DNA of 63,905 nt, filler included, from Octopus bimaculoides (taxonomy: Eukaryota): assembly GCF_001194135.2 (NCBI RefSeq). It is 6 parts of 4 records of this genome, joined end to end, with 100 filler letters (N's around TTAATTAATTAA, not from the genome) between each part and the next. Parts side by side here need not be neighbours in the genome. Positions count along the whole stretch, not along the records: positions 1 to 29,777 come from NC_068985.1; 5 more parts are not named here. One strand, 5' to 3'. The notes under the pieces are model-generated. The model was not told the origin of the DNA. It searched no databases and saw nothing but the letters and a program-made list of their open reading frames with translations. Shown one piece after another: positions 12,859 to 24,703 of this stretch. The translations under genes were made by a program, and so were the position numbers. How positions within the stretch are numbered: the stretch's first letter is position 1; every line of letters begins with the position of its first letter.

Positions 12859-13438
12859 ATGTGTATATATTGATATATAGATATTTAAATACACATGCAT
12901 ATACAGAATTTTAAAATATAAATATGTTTATGTGTGTGTATGCATATACATATGTGTGTGTATGTGTAAGTATGTGTATATATATACACATACATGCAGA
13001 TGTATGTTTACATACATATGTATACCTCCATATATAAATGCATGCACATGTAGATGTTATATAATACTAAATTTATTTTGAAACATAAAGTAAATACAAA
13101 TTTCCTCAGTAAAAATGTTGAGCGATGTTAGGTTGGCATTAAGAAAACATGACTTGATTCCTTTTGAAATATCTAAGAGATCATGTCTACTTGAAGATGC
13201 TACAGAACAGGAATGTCAAAAAGTAAAGGTAATTAATCATGAACTTCTTAGTGTTTCCAATCATTAAAAGATAAATAAATAATTCTTCATTTTCCATTGA
13301 ACTGTAAAATAAAGTTTTAATACAGAAATAGCTGAGAGTTGAATGATTCTTCATATGGAACTAATAATTGATCTTGGGTATTTCTATGGTACCAGTTTCG
13401 GATGGTATCCTGCTCCATGTTAGTTCTAATCATTTGTA

Positions 13439-13922
13439 CACACTCATCTACCTATCAAAACTTCTGTCAAATGTAAACATAATAGGCTGGATATTGTTGT
13501 TTGGAACAGAGTGGCAAAGGTATGTACCGTCATAGAGGTTAGCTGCCCGACAGATATAAATATCTTTTTGAAAATCAAAGAAAAAAGAGGATATCTATGG
13601 ATAACTGCTTTGAAACCTCCAGCTTCCATATCCAAACTATGAATTCATATTCCTACCAATAATAATTGGAGCACTAGGTTTTTGTTAGTAAATGCTTAAA
13701 GAAGAATCTGGATAAACTGGTATTTTAAGAAAGAGAAACTGACTGGCTGATTCGTACATTACAAGTGCAATCTGTGAGTGGAACAGTAAAAATATGCAAG
13801 CTCAAGTTCCAAATGTGAATTTGTCTGGGTTAACTACATCCCAAAGATGGAGCCTTGTATCTTTGTTGGAAACCAGCTCCCTCCTCAGTGGAAGATTTAT
13901 AATAATTAAAAAATAGAAGAGA
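13439..13922 (+). mobile_element. R4/Dong-like non-LTR retrotransposon 3' end: restriction-like endonuclease domain plus 3' UTR (pseudogenised)
   Basis: Joining frames gives KHNRLDIVVWNRVAKVCTVIEVSCPTDINI..KIKEK.EDIY...YEFIFLPIIIGALG.VSKCLKKNL..LQVQSVSGTVKICK, the PD-(D/E)xK RLE pattern of R4-type elements. Two frameshifts and several stops; followed by (CATA)n. Confidence 0.85.
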
Positions 13923-14458
13923 CATACATACATAAGTACATACATAAGTACCTGCAGCATGCATATCTGCACACCTGTATGCCTGTCTGGGATGCCCAAA
14001 TAGAAAAGAATTACCTGAAAGGTGCCAAATTTTATTTAATTATTTGCTGAAAGATAAGGAAGATGAAGCATTGTACCACCACTAACTCTGAGGTTTTACT
14101 CTTTTATCACCCTTGCCATACTCCACTCTGTCTTCTCCTCTTATCGTCCCTTATCCTTCCATCTTAGATCATTACCGACTCTTTCTTCTCTCCTCCCACA
14201 GTTTTAGGAGCCATGAAAAAGTGCTCAGCACACTGTGAAATCACTGGTGTTAGGGACAGGAATCCAGGAATAGAAACCATGCCAAAAGTAGATAATAGAA
14301 CATGATGAAGTCTTTTGACTTATCACCTCCTGTCCAATTTGTGCCAGCATGGAAGCCAGATGTTAAACGATGAGACAACGGTGATGATGGTGATGATGGT
14401 GATGAAACTTTGAGAAGCAAGAGTGTAAATTTTTAGTTTCCAGAAAATTAATACCAGT

Positions 14459-14467
14459 GTGTTTGTG

Positions 14468-14557
<90 letters not shown>

Positions 14558-14592
14558 GTGTATGTGTGTGTGTGTGTGTGTGTGCATGTGTG
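14459..14592. repeat. (TG)n microsatellite
   Basis: Long near-pure TG run; many similar TG/TA/CA runs occur across the window. Confidence 0.95.
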
Positions 14593-15339
14593 TGCAATTA
14601 AGAATATTCTCATTAAATATCTTGATGTCTCTATATTCACGTTTTTTCTTGCATTATTAAACAAGTAAGAGTTTGAATAGAACATTAATTGCTTTAACCT
14701 CAATGAGTTATCCTTATTTGCCATTCTATGAGGGTAGGAAAATGACTGACAGTCAATGAGTTGCAAGAAATAATGATTGATACTAAACAAGATTTTTCAT
14801 TTACTTTCAAGTGTGTCTCTAATAAAATGGTTTTGTAACTTGCAGAAAATTACTTTCTTAAAATTTTCTTTTTCAAGAACAATTTAATCTTTACCAATAA
14901 GATTATTATCATTATTATTATTATTATTATTGGGCTATTAACCTCATGTTTAGAGATGAAGCATTTTATTTTAATATTTACCACATTGTGATCAGTTTGA
15001 TCTCTGATCATCAATTTGATCAAAACATTGCGTAGATATAAAAATTTGACAAATAAAAATGTTTCATCTTTAAAGATGAGGTCAATGGTGTGATAAAAAA
15101 TATAACAAAAATCAAACCATTTTAACAATAACTCATCTCACACATTTAATTATATCTTACTAGTTAACCTTGTAAAGAACTGCTGTATTAACAGTCTAGA
15201 TTTCCATAAGAAGGACACCTCCTCCTTTACCATTGGAGAAAGAAAAAAACCTCTTTCACTTGTAAAGCTGTAGATTTATTTCTTATAAAATGATTACATT
15301 GCTTTGGCACGTCATCTATTTTTCATTTTATCTCTTTTA

Positions 15340-15712
15340 TTTGATTCAGTTATTTAAACTGTGGCCATGTGGGGCAACACCTTGAAGAATTTTAGCTGAA
15401 TGCATCGACCCCAGTACTTACTTTTTTAGAGAGTGGCACTTGTAATATTGATCTCTTTAACCAAACTGTTAAGTCATAGGGATGTATGCACATCAACATT
15501 GCTTCCCAGTTGGTGTGTGTGGGGGACACAAAGACAAAGTGACACACATTCACACGCATGCACGTGCACACACATGTATGACAGGCTTCTTACAATTTCC
15601 ATCTACCAAATCCACTCACAAGGCTTTGGTTGGCCTGGCACTATAATAGAAGACGCTTACCCATGGTGCCATGCTGTGGGACTGAACCCAGAACCATGAG
15701 GTTTCAGCCAAG
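15340..15712 (-). mobile_element. SINE family B, near full length
   Basis: Same head, body and tail as the 7235-7652 copy. Confidence 0.85.
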
Positions 15713-16186
15713 CCTTCGTCTGTGTTTCCATTTTTTCCTTCAGTTACAGAAAGATGTGAACTTAGTTTGTAAGGTAATTTATACACACACACACACTCAC
15801 ACACTTGTATGCATACACACACATGCATGCACACATGCATGCACGCATGCATGCACGCACACACATTCCTTCATTAGCATATACATACAGAAACACTGAT
15901 CCTTCACTATACGCACTTAATGGACAGATTTGTTGTGAGCAGTAACTGTTTGCTGAGTGTGATAAGAGCTGCTGATAAGATGAGACATTGTTAATCTGTT
16001 ATGAAGTGGAATGGGCTCTGCTAAGTTTTAAAAAAGTCCTAATTCATGATTTACATCACAACAGCGTTCTTACTTCTCCAAATCAGAGGTTGAGGACCCA
16101 AGGCCAGACAGGATTATAGCTTTTCAGATTAGTTAGACTCTTCATGTGTCAATGACCAAAAGTGGATAAGAAATGTTCTTATGCTT

Positions 16187-16618
16187 GTACATCATTTACA
16201 TTATTTACATTTGATGGATATTTGCCCTCTTGCTTGTTGTTAACACAATGTTTCGACTGATATACCCTCCAGCCTTCATCAGTTGTCTTGGAGAAATTTC
16301 GAACCTGGGTTCTCATTTCTAAGGTATGCCCGTGAGCATATGGCATAGTGGTTAAGAGCGCGGGCTACTAACCCCAAGATTCTGAGTTCGATTCCAGGCA
16401 GTGACCTGAATAATAATAATAACAATAATAATAATCATAATAACATCGAAAAATACCTTAGGAATGAAAACCAAGGTTTGAAATTTCCCCAAGACACCTG
16501 ATGAAGACTGGAGGGCATATCAGCTGAAACGTTGTGTTAACAACAAACAATATGAGGACAAATATCCGTAAAAATGTAAATAATGTACATAATTCCTCAT
16601 CTCTTAAATATAGAACTA
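16187..16618 (+). mobile_element. tRNA-headed SINE with Penelope-type hammerhead 3' segment and 5' inverted copy of that segment
   Basis: TSD TTCTTATGCTT at 16176-16186 and 16619-16629. Inverted arms at 16187-16327 and 16453-16588. A box TGGCATAGTGG at 16341-16351, B box GAGTTCGATTCC at 16384-16395, (TAA)n linker, and a 3' tail of about 30 nt. Confidence 0.8.
16493..16538 (+). ncRNA. Minimal type I hammerhead-ribozyme-like motif
   Basis: GACAC-CTGATGA-[AGACTG gagggcatat CAGCT]-GAAA-CG-T-T-GTGTT. Stem I is GACAC/GTGTT and stem III is the palindrome AACGTT. A degenerate second copy lies on the minus strand at 16242-16287. Confidence 0.65.
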
Positions 16619-18115
16619 TTCTTATGCTTAGTTTACAAATAAAAGGAACATAGCTTGAATCTAGGATTGATAGGTTAACTTTTGCTTATATAATCCATTT
16701 ATGGTTTGGTTTCTATGTCTGGATTCCTCCAGAAATGGAAGGTCCAAAAGAGATCAGTCACAGAGGACAATGACTGAATAAAACTAGCTCAAACTTGTTG
16801 AATCTTCTTAACCACAACATATTTCAAATAGATGTTTAATCAATTTGTTATATTTTTACCAAGAGATACAACTTTTGTTTCTGATTATTTTGAAAATCAT
16901 GAAGAATTCAGTAAAATCACTGTGTCATTGTGAAGTTTTATGTGAGGAACTTGAAAAAAAAAAGGTTTTTATGGAAGATTTTGATTTAGATAACTTTAGA
17001 ATAAAGTTTGTATCAAAGATCCACAGCAACCCCAGGTGCGTTGATATCAAAAGGGTTCATAGGTAAGCTGGTTCACACATTCATTCAATGCAACACATTG
17101 AAAATCTCTGAAGGATCATTGTTTTTGTATATATGTTTTTGTTTTGTCTATGTTCAATATTTTAGTAAAGATTATAAAAGTTATGTTGAAATATAGGTTT
17201 TTCACAGATATTTTCAAATAAATGATGTCTGTCAGACATTTATAACTTTTGCTCACGCACACAAAACAGAGAATAATAATTATGTACAGATACGTATGAA
17301 TAATATTTATTTGATGCAGTAGTGTAACAGCTGTTGTAGTCATTGCAGCATTCTGAGTTCAAAACTCATTCAGGTCTACTCTGGCTTTTGTCCTTCTGGG
17401 GTCAATAAAATATTCATTAAGCTGGTGGATTGGCAGAAAAGTTTGAGTTGTTTTGTGTTATTTGTTGTGCTCACTGCATTCTGAATTCAAATCCTGCTAA
17501 TATCTTGGTCTACTCACAAAATAAACTCAGTCTTTTTTGGCAGAAGACTTGACCTGTCACCCAGTTTTATGCTGCTACTTGGCCCTTGTGTTTCTTTAGT
17601 GGATTCCCCCCCCCCCNNNNNNNNNNCCACACTGTTACAAATATTTGCTGTTAGGGATCCAGTTTGAGAATACCCTCCTTTCTTTCTCTCACTAAACTAA
17701 AAACAACGAAAAAAGAAAGTAAAAAAATACTCAAGAAAATCATCATCATCAATTAATGTCCATTTCCTATGCTGGCTAAGCTGGATGGCCCTAGCAGGAG
17801 CTGGCAAAGCCAAGGGGCCACAATAAAGCAAGATTGTCACAACTGAAGGGATTATGATCATGTGTGCTCAGTCACAGCTGACCTTGGCCTGAACAACAAC
17901 TGGGTTTGCTGTGACTCAACCATTGAGTCAGCCTAAGATACTACATTTTATACTTAACCAAAAGTACTTGACACATTTTGTACTTAACCCTTTGAGATCT
18001 GCTGTTTATTTCAATTGAACAATGTTTGTAATGATAAACAGGAGTGGTCATCATAACCTTCTGAATCTGTCAGAAGACTGGAAAATTGAGATGGGATAGG
18101 TTATGTAAGAACTGC

Positions 18116-18157
<42 letters not shown>

Positions 18158-18189
18158 ATACTTGTGTGCAAACACTGACATGATGATAC

Positions 18190-18310
18190 CTAAAGTCTCA
18201 CATGTCATCTTCTGCCAGTCAAATGCTAAAGTGCTGCCTTTATGTAAACTTTTAAGCAAAAGTACAGCCAACAACGTCACATCAGTGAAACAGTTTGATT
18301 CCACTGTCAT
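18190..18310 (-). CDS. Candidate 121-nt exon of an unidentified gene (MTVESNCFTDVTLLAVLLLKSLHKGSTLAFDWQKMTCETL-G)
   Basis: Bounded by cttatttaAG and TAG|GTATCA, open frame, non-repetitive sequence. No homology recognised. Confidence 0.2.
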
Positions 18311-20840
18311 CTTAAATAAGACATTTTTTTATGAGGAGTCATTCTGAAGATAGCTTTCCAAGTAAAACTTACTTTAATGTAGGCATTTAGAAATATTGTT
18401 TGTTTGTTAGTGTTGTTTAGGCCACTCCTACCAACACACACTTTGCTACTATGCCAAATGATAGTTTTTCTGCCAGGCACCTCTTTAAATCACGATTATA
18501 CTTTATGATTGATTAGTATTAACTCATCGTTTTATCACATCTTTACCCTTCCCTAGAAACGTGATATTTTTTTCCTTTTACTGTAAGCAATGATCTCTCA
18601 AGACAATAATGGTGCTAAGCAGACACAACTTGATGATGGCAACATGCCAAAAGCCGTCATCACATTGATATCAATGCCATTTCTCAAAGAACCTGGAGTA
18701 TATTGAACCTACCAACATTTGTTCCATACCAAATAATGTAGCTGTTTTAAGCAGGTAAAATATCTTTTGCTAAACTGAATGTAGCATTTTCCAAACTGTA
18801 TTTTGGTGTAAATGATTGGTTTTGATTGAATCAGAAATCTTGAAACAAAGTAAGACAATAGATTCTTGCAGCTGACCTGAGAAAATCACAACCATTGTTT
18901 TAGCATCCACTTTTCAATGCAAACAGAATTCATTGATGCAGATTTTCTATTGCTGGATGACCTTCACCTGTATCAGGTAAGTTAATATTTCTCCATGACG
19001 ATATGTTTTCTGGTTTTTTTTTTATGGAAGATTGGAAATGAATTATATTGTCTGCATGATGGCCAAACAGTGGTATGAATGTGTGGAACTGGCACCTGCA
19101 AGACAAAGACCTCTCACAACTGGGAGAAGGAATTATGTTCCAAGTTCAGAGATGAGGCTGCAGCTAAGGATCCGTAGTAGGCTTCCGAGTTTGCAGGTAT
19201 TTATTTTATTAGAGGAAAAAGGACAACAAAAACCAAGGCAGGATGAATATCTCAAGTCATTTAGAATATTTAATTAGGGTAAGGTGGATTTGAGGTAATT
19301 AATTTATTTGTTAATTAATCTATTAATTAATTATTGCATGTCTCACAGCTGTTTCATGGATATCCCAAAGAAAAGGAAAACACTTCAGTTCTTGACTGGG
19401 ATTTATAATATGTTACTACCTATAGTATACAAATATATGTATATGCTATACACATATAATGAGTTCAGACAATGGTGAAATATGGATCATCAAATAGAAC
19501 ATAGGTTTATACGTTGATAAAAGTGTTATGTTGATTCAAGCTCAGTTCAGGAGTTGAGGTTTATCATTTCTAATAAGAAATGTATGTTGCTCAATTCGAC
19601 ATGATATGTAATATATTGCACTGTGTTTTAGAACTGATACTATTTTACTCCCATTATAATCCTTTATGAGTTGATGGGAATTAGAAACAGCAAGAGTTCA
19701 ACAGGAGAAAACTATTTATAAAAGGTTTGATGCTGTATTTATGTAATCTAACTTGTGTATACAGAGAAATGTGTAAGTGTTACTTGCTTAACAACTGTTC
19801 TTTGTTGTCTAAAATGTGTGAGAAAAATACAAATGCATATTGTGAGAGATCTGTCTTAAAATTATAATGCTATCTAACATGAATTCTTGTCACATCTCAA
19901 GTTAATCTCTTCAGAGGGGTCAAAATTCAGGTTATTTATAAGCACCTTCTAGAATGCTCAGCATTTTTTTTTTTTTTTTAAGTTTGGCAACAATTCATTA
20001 CAAGTCTCACAAAATAACCTTGGCTGGAATAAATGCCCGAAAGTGTATCTTTGCATCCACACAAACAGTTTAGAAGATAGAATCATTGGCTTGACAGTAT
20101 TTTACTTGTGCAAATAGAAACTTTTAAGCTTGATTTGAGAGACAATGAACTGCTGTACACCTACATAAAATAAATATTCCTATATTTGTCTGAAAATAAA
20201 ACTCAAAGTCTCCCAGGTAAAGAACACTGATACACAGTTTTGGATCTCTTAGAAGATCTTATGAAGAGCGAAAACGCAAAATCAAAATAAGAAACCAAGA
20301 AGCCATACGTATGACAGACATTAGGGAAATAGGGAATATCCATTTACTAAGGATCCTTCCTTAAACCGAAGTCAGAACTCACGGCTTCTTTCAGACACAA
20401 CTGCTACAGTTCAATGAAACATTTTAAATAGAAACACTTTTCAAACCAGTAGAATACCTTTTGATGGTTTAGACAAAGAAAGGATTTCCTTGTATAATTA
20501 TTTATACGTGTTTATTTTCATGTATATACATATATATATATATGTGTATATACATACATACAAACATTGGTTCTTTCTCTATTGGCAAGAAATCTTGAAA
20601 TAAACTGAATAATGACATACATACATGCATAAATGTATCATATCCCTTTGGCAACATCTTCTAACCACCAAGTGTTGAAGTGCATCCTTTGACCAAGTTT
20701 GCACACATGAGGCTGATAACATCATAAGACTTGGAAGGCAGCTCCTTGAGCAGCATTCCTTGTCTGATAACTTTCAATACATACCCCAAAAAGTCCCACA
20801 ACTTTACCGCAACATATCATCATACATACATACATACATA

Positions 20841-20944
20841 CCCTGTTGTTGAAGTTGAAATTCCAATGAACGAGCCTTGGATCTAGATTAGAAACTGGTT
20901 CTTTCTCTATTGGCAAGAAATCTTGAAATAAAACTAAACAATGA
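20841..20944 (+). mobile_element. Short element sharing its tail with the R4-like LINE 3' UTR (also 20565-20615 and 25276-25380)
   Basis: attccaatgaacgagccttggatctagattagaaactggttc aligns with 13834-13922. Flanked by (CATA)n-like repeats. Confidence 0.7.
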
Positions 20945-22264
20945 CATACACACACATGTATGAATATATATATATATATCAATGTTCTAGTAATTATTTT
21001 ATATTGCATGTATGAAAAATTACGATGGAAAAAACAGTGTGACAGGAGTGAGAAGATAAATAGACATGGAAGTAATGAAAGGATAATCAAGGATAGACAG
21101 CTACATGTTGGTTGTTGATAAGGAGACTGAATAGAAAAGCAGCAAGGAATGATAGAAGGAGGACAGAGTGATGGAAGAAGGAATAAATGGAAGTGAGAGA
21201 GAGAGAGATGGTTGTCAACAATGAGTTAGAAATGACAGAGTGATATGTGAGAGAATATGATGGTTGGTGATAAAGATGAGTGATGGTGAAACAGACAACA
21301 AATGATGGATAACAATAAAGATGGGTGAGAGGAAAGGAATAGTGAATATTAACATGTAACAGGATAGAGAGCAATGGGAGACAGAGAGAGAGAAAATGAT
21401 GGTTAGCAATAAATAAGTGTGATATTAGGGACAGAATGTAGACAAAAGCAACAATATTTGTTATAACACAAATGACATGATCGGAGAAGTCATAGAGAGA
21501 TAAAGGTTGATGGAGAGGGTGGTAAAAATTGGTGCCGTGATGCAATGGTTTCCTTTGACACATGAGCTGTGATTAGAGAGAAAGGAATGAAGAGATGAGG
21601 CCAACAGCAGATGGACTCTGACCATGGGCATAATAAGTGAGACAGACCTACACATGGATATTATGGACTCCAACTTCCATCGCCATTTCTGTTTCCCTTT
21701 TGTCATGCTTGAATAGCTTGGGTAAGTCTTCCCCAGTATAATGTGTTGCAGACTTTTATGATTTCATCCATGAACATTGCTCTCAAGAATTTCAGTGTTT
21801 TGAGAGCAGTCTTCACTATTTTGTTCCATCTGCTCTCTTGTCTGCCTTCTCCAGGTTCCATCAACTTTGAGTCATTGTTACTGCGTTATACAGCTGACAT
21901 GCCCTAAATGCACCATTTGCCCATACAATTATTATTATTATTATTGTTTTTGTTTTTGCTGAGTCTTTGTATATCCTGCTTTTCTCTCCCTTCATTTCTT
22001 GCTCTCTGTTTTGCTAATCTTCTGCATTTGATGCTGATATTTTGCTGCCAGGCAACACCACACTCATTACACATGCATCAAACAATGTGTCCCTTCACAT
22101 AGTTTCAGTTTACCAGATTCGTTCATATGACATCAGTTAATCCAGGACTAGAAGGAGAAGGCACTTAAGCAAGGGACCATGCAGTGGAACAGAGCCAGAA
22201 ACCAACTGGCTGTGAAGAAAACTTCTTAACCACAAAATTATACCTATGCCTCCCTGTCTCTTTA

Positions 22265-22336
<72 letters not shown>

Positions 22337-22359
22337 CATCACCAACATCATCATAACCA

Positions 22360-22530
22360 CTAACATTATCATCATCATCACATGACAGTTTTGCTATGCA
22401 TGAGTTGTTTTTCTCCAACATGGCATCATGCCCCATGGTACTGTCCCATGTCATCTTGGTGATGTTTAACCCCTTGAGATCCTTCCTCTGTTTTGACTTA
22501 ATCTTCCTCTTCTGCAAGGTTCTTTCCCTT
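22360..22530 (-). mobile_element. RTE-clade LINE extreme 3' end with (GAT)n tail
   Basis: RKDLKGLNITKMTWD...AMLEK resembles the RTE C-terminus and is followed by GAT repeats. Confidence 0.65.
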
Positions 22531-22589
22531 CATCAGCTCAGCACTGATCTACCCATTTCTTGACTTACAACTTTCTCTCTTGCACACAA

Positions 22590-22592
22590 ACA

Positions 22593-22623
<31 letters not shown>

Positions 22624-22832
22624 TGTGTGTGTGTGCACATACATGTCTTTACAGTTCTCCTACTTCGTTGGTTTGCTTAAGTCCTCATGACTTAGTGGTT
22701 CAATAAAACAAACTGACAAAATAAGTTCCAGGTTTAAAACAAAAAAATAATTACTGGGTTTCATTTAATCAAGCAAAACCTTTCAAGGCAGTGCTCCAGC
22801 ATGTCCGCACTTCAATGACTGAACAAGTAAAA
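22590..22832 (+). mobile_element. SINE family B 3' part
   Basis: gacttagtggttc...gcagtgctccagcatg...caatgactgaacaagtaaaag tail. Confidence 0.7.
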
Positions 22833-22836
22833 GCAC

Positions 22837-22896
<60 letters not shown>

Positions 22897-22969
22897 TACA
22901 TAAGAGTTATAATTTATGTATTTCAGTTTCTCATCATTTTTTGCATTTCCTTTCTCTTTCTCAGACACA

Positions 22970-23662
22970 ATCTCTCTCAATCTCTCTCTCTCTTTTCCTC
23001 TCAATCTCTCTCTCTCTTTTCCTCTCAATCTCTCTCTCTCTCTTTACCTCTCAATCTNNNNNNNNNNNNNNNNNNNNNNNNNNNNNNNNNNNNNNNNNNN
23101 NNNNNNNNNNNNNNNNNNNNNNNNNNNNNNNNNNNNNNNNNNNNNNNNNNNNNNNNNNNNNNNNNNNNNNNNNNNNNNNNNNNNNNNNNNNNNNNNNNNN
23201 NNNNNNNNNNNNNNNNNNNNNNNNNNNNNNNNNNNNNNNNNNNNNNNNNNNNNNNNNNNNNNNNNNNNNNNNNNNNNNNNNNNNNNNNNNNNNNNNNNNN
23301 NNNNNNNNNNNNNNNNNNNNNNNNNNNNNNNNNNNNNAATCTCTCTCTCTCTTTTCCTCTCAATCTCTCTCTCTCTTTTCCTCTCAATCTCTCTCTCTCA
23401 ATCTCTCTCTCTCAATCTCTCTCTCTCTTTTCCTCTCAATCTCTCTCTCTTTACCTCTCAATCCCTCTCTTTCTCTTTTCCTCTCAATATCTCTCTCTCT
23501 CTTTTCCTCTCAATCTCTCTCTCTCTTTTCCTCTCAATCTCTCTCTCTCTCTTTACCTCTCAATCTCTCTCTCTCTCTCTCTCTTTACCTTTCAATCTCT
23601 CTCTCTCTTTTCCTCTCAATCTCTCTCTCTCTCTCTTTACCTCTCAATCCCTCTCTTTCTCT
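22970..23662. repeat. CT-rich minisatellite (about 18-22-bp unit ctctcaatctctctctcttttc)
   Basis: Repeated unit visible on both sides of an N gap. Confidence 0.9.
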
Positions 23663-24064
23663 CATGTACCACAGTTACTTTTCATGCATCTTCCTCCATA
23701 TGCAACACAAATCACACAACTGTTACCCTCCCCATCGTCTCAGCCACCATCACCATCATACCATTCTAAATGGCATGAGTAAAGTAAATCGCTCAAGCAA
23801 CAGAAATATATACGATGTCAGGCAGAATTCAGAATACAATCACCGTAATAAAACAATGCCATGATAAACACCACAGTTTTTTTTGTTTGTCTATTCTGTG
23901 TTTTTTTTCAGTAAAGGTAGTTTGAGAAGTGGAACCACACAAGCATATCTAAAACCCAAAACCAAGATAAATAAAACTGATAAAAATATGTGCATATAAA
24001 CACATATGTTTATATGTGTATATATATACATACATGCATACATGCATCACTTTCTCTCTCTCTC

Positions 24065-24099
<35 letters not shown>

Positions 24100-24119
24100 A
24101 GAGAGAGATAGATAAATAA

Positions 24120-24171
<52 letters not shown>

Positions 24172-24400
24172 GCAGACAGATAGGTAGATAGTCTGATGAT
24201 GGCTTAGCTGACTGGAACTTTGAAATCACTGTCAAGACTATTCTTGTTAAAGAATAATAAGTTTGTACTCTACCAAATGTATTGAGTAATCTTTCAATTC
24301 AATGTAAAATTGTTTTTATCAAATCAGAAAGACAAACATTTGTAATCATATCAATATATACATATGCGTGTGTGTGTGTGTGCGTGTGTGTGTGTGTATA

Positions 24401-24703
24401 CAGTAATCCCTCAACTACCATGGGCGTTACATTCCAAAACCACCCCACACTAGGCGAAAATCCGCAAAGTAGAAACAGTACTGTATATTTTTTGAAATTA
24501 TTTTCATAATTTGTATATATTTATTTTATTATAAATGCAAAACAACACCATGGATGAATCGACATAAGCTTAAATAATAAGCAGTGATAAGTGAACCATG
24601 ATAGGTGAACTGTGACAGGTGAACCGTGAGAGGCAAACCACAATAGGTGAACTGCGATAGGTGAACCACGATAGGTGAACCACGATATGGCAAGGGATTA
24701 CTG
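24401..24703. mobile_element. pogo/Tigger-like MITE with a 14-bp subterminal tandem array
   Basis: TA|CAGTAATCCCT ... AGGGATTACTG|TA (11-bp perfect TIR, TA TSD). Seven GATAGGTGAACCRY-like units at 24586-24683. Confidence 0.85.

Noticed and set aside
16332-16407. Possible genuine tRNA gene
   Set aside because: A and B boxes are present but there is no proper acceptor stem, and it is embedded in a TSD-flanked element. The same reasoning applies to 38350-38420; both are SINE heads.
18560-18880. Long partially open minus-strand frames with exon-like boundaries
   Set aside because: All three frames contain stops between the apparent splice sites; no family recognised.
24187-24242. CTGATGA...GAAA hammerhead-like string
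   Set aside because: No convincing stem II, and three extra bases separate the cleavage triplet from stem I; at best a heavily decayed relic.
24586-24683. CRISPR-like repeat array
   Set aside because: The 14-bp units are contiguous with no spacers, lie inside a MITE, and the context is eukaryotic.
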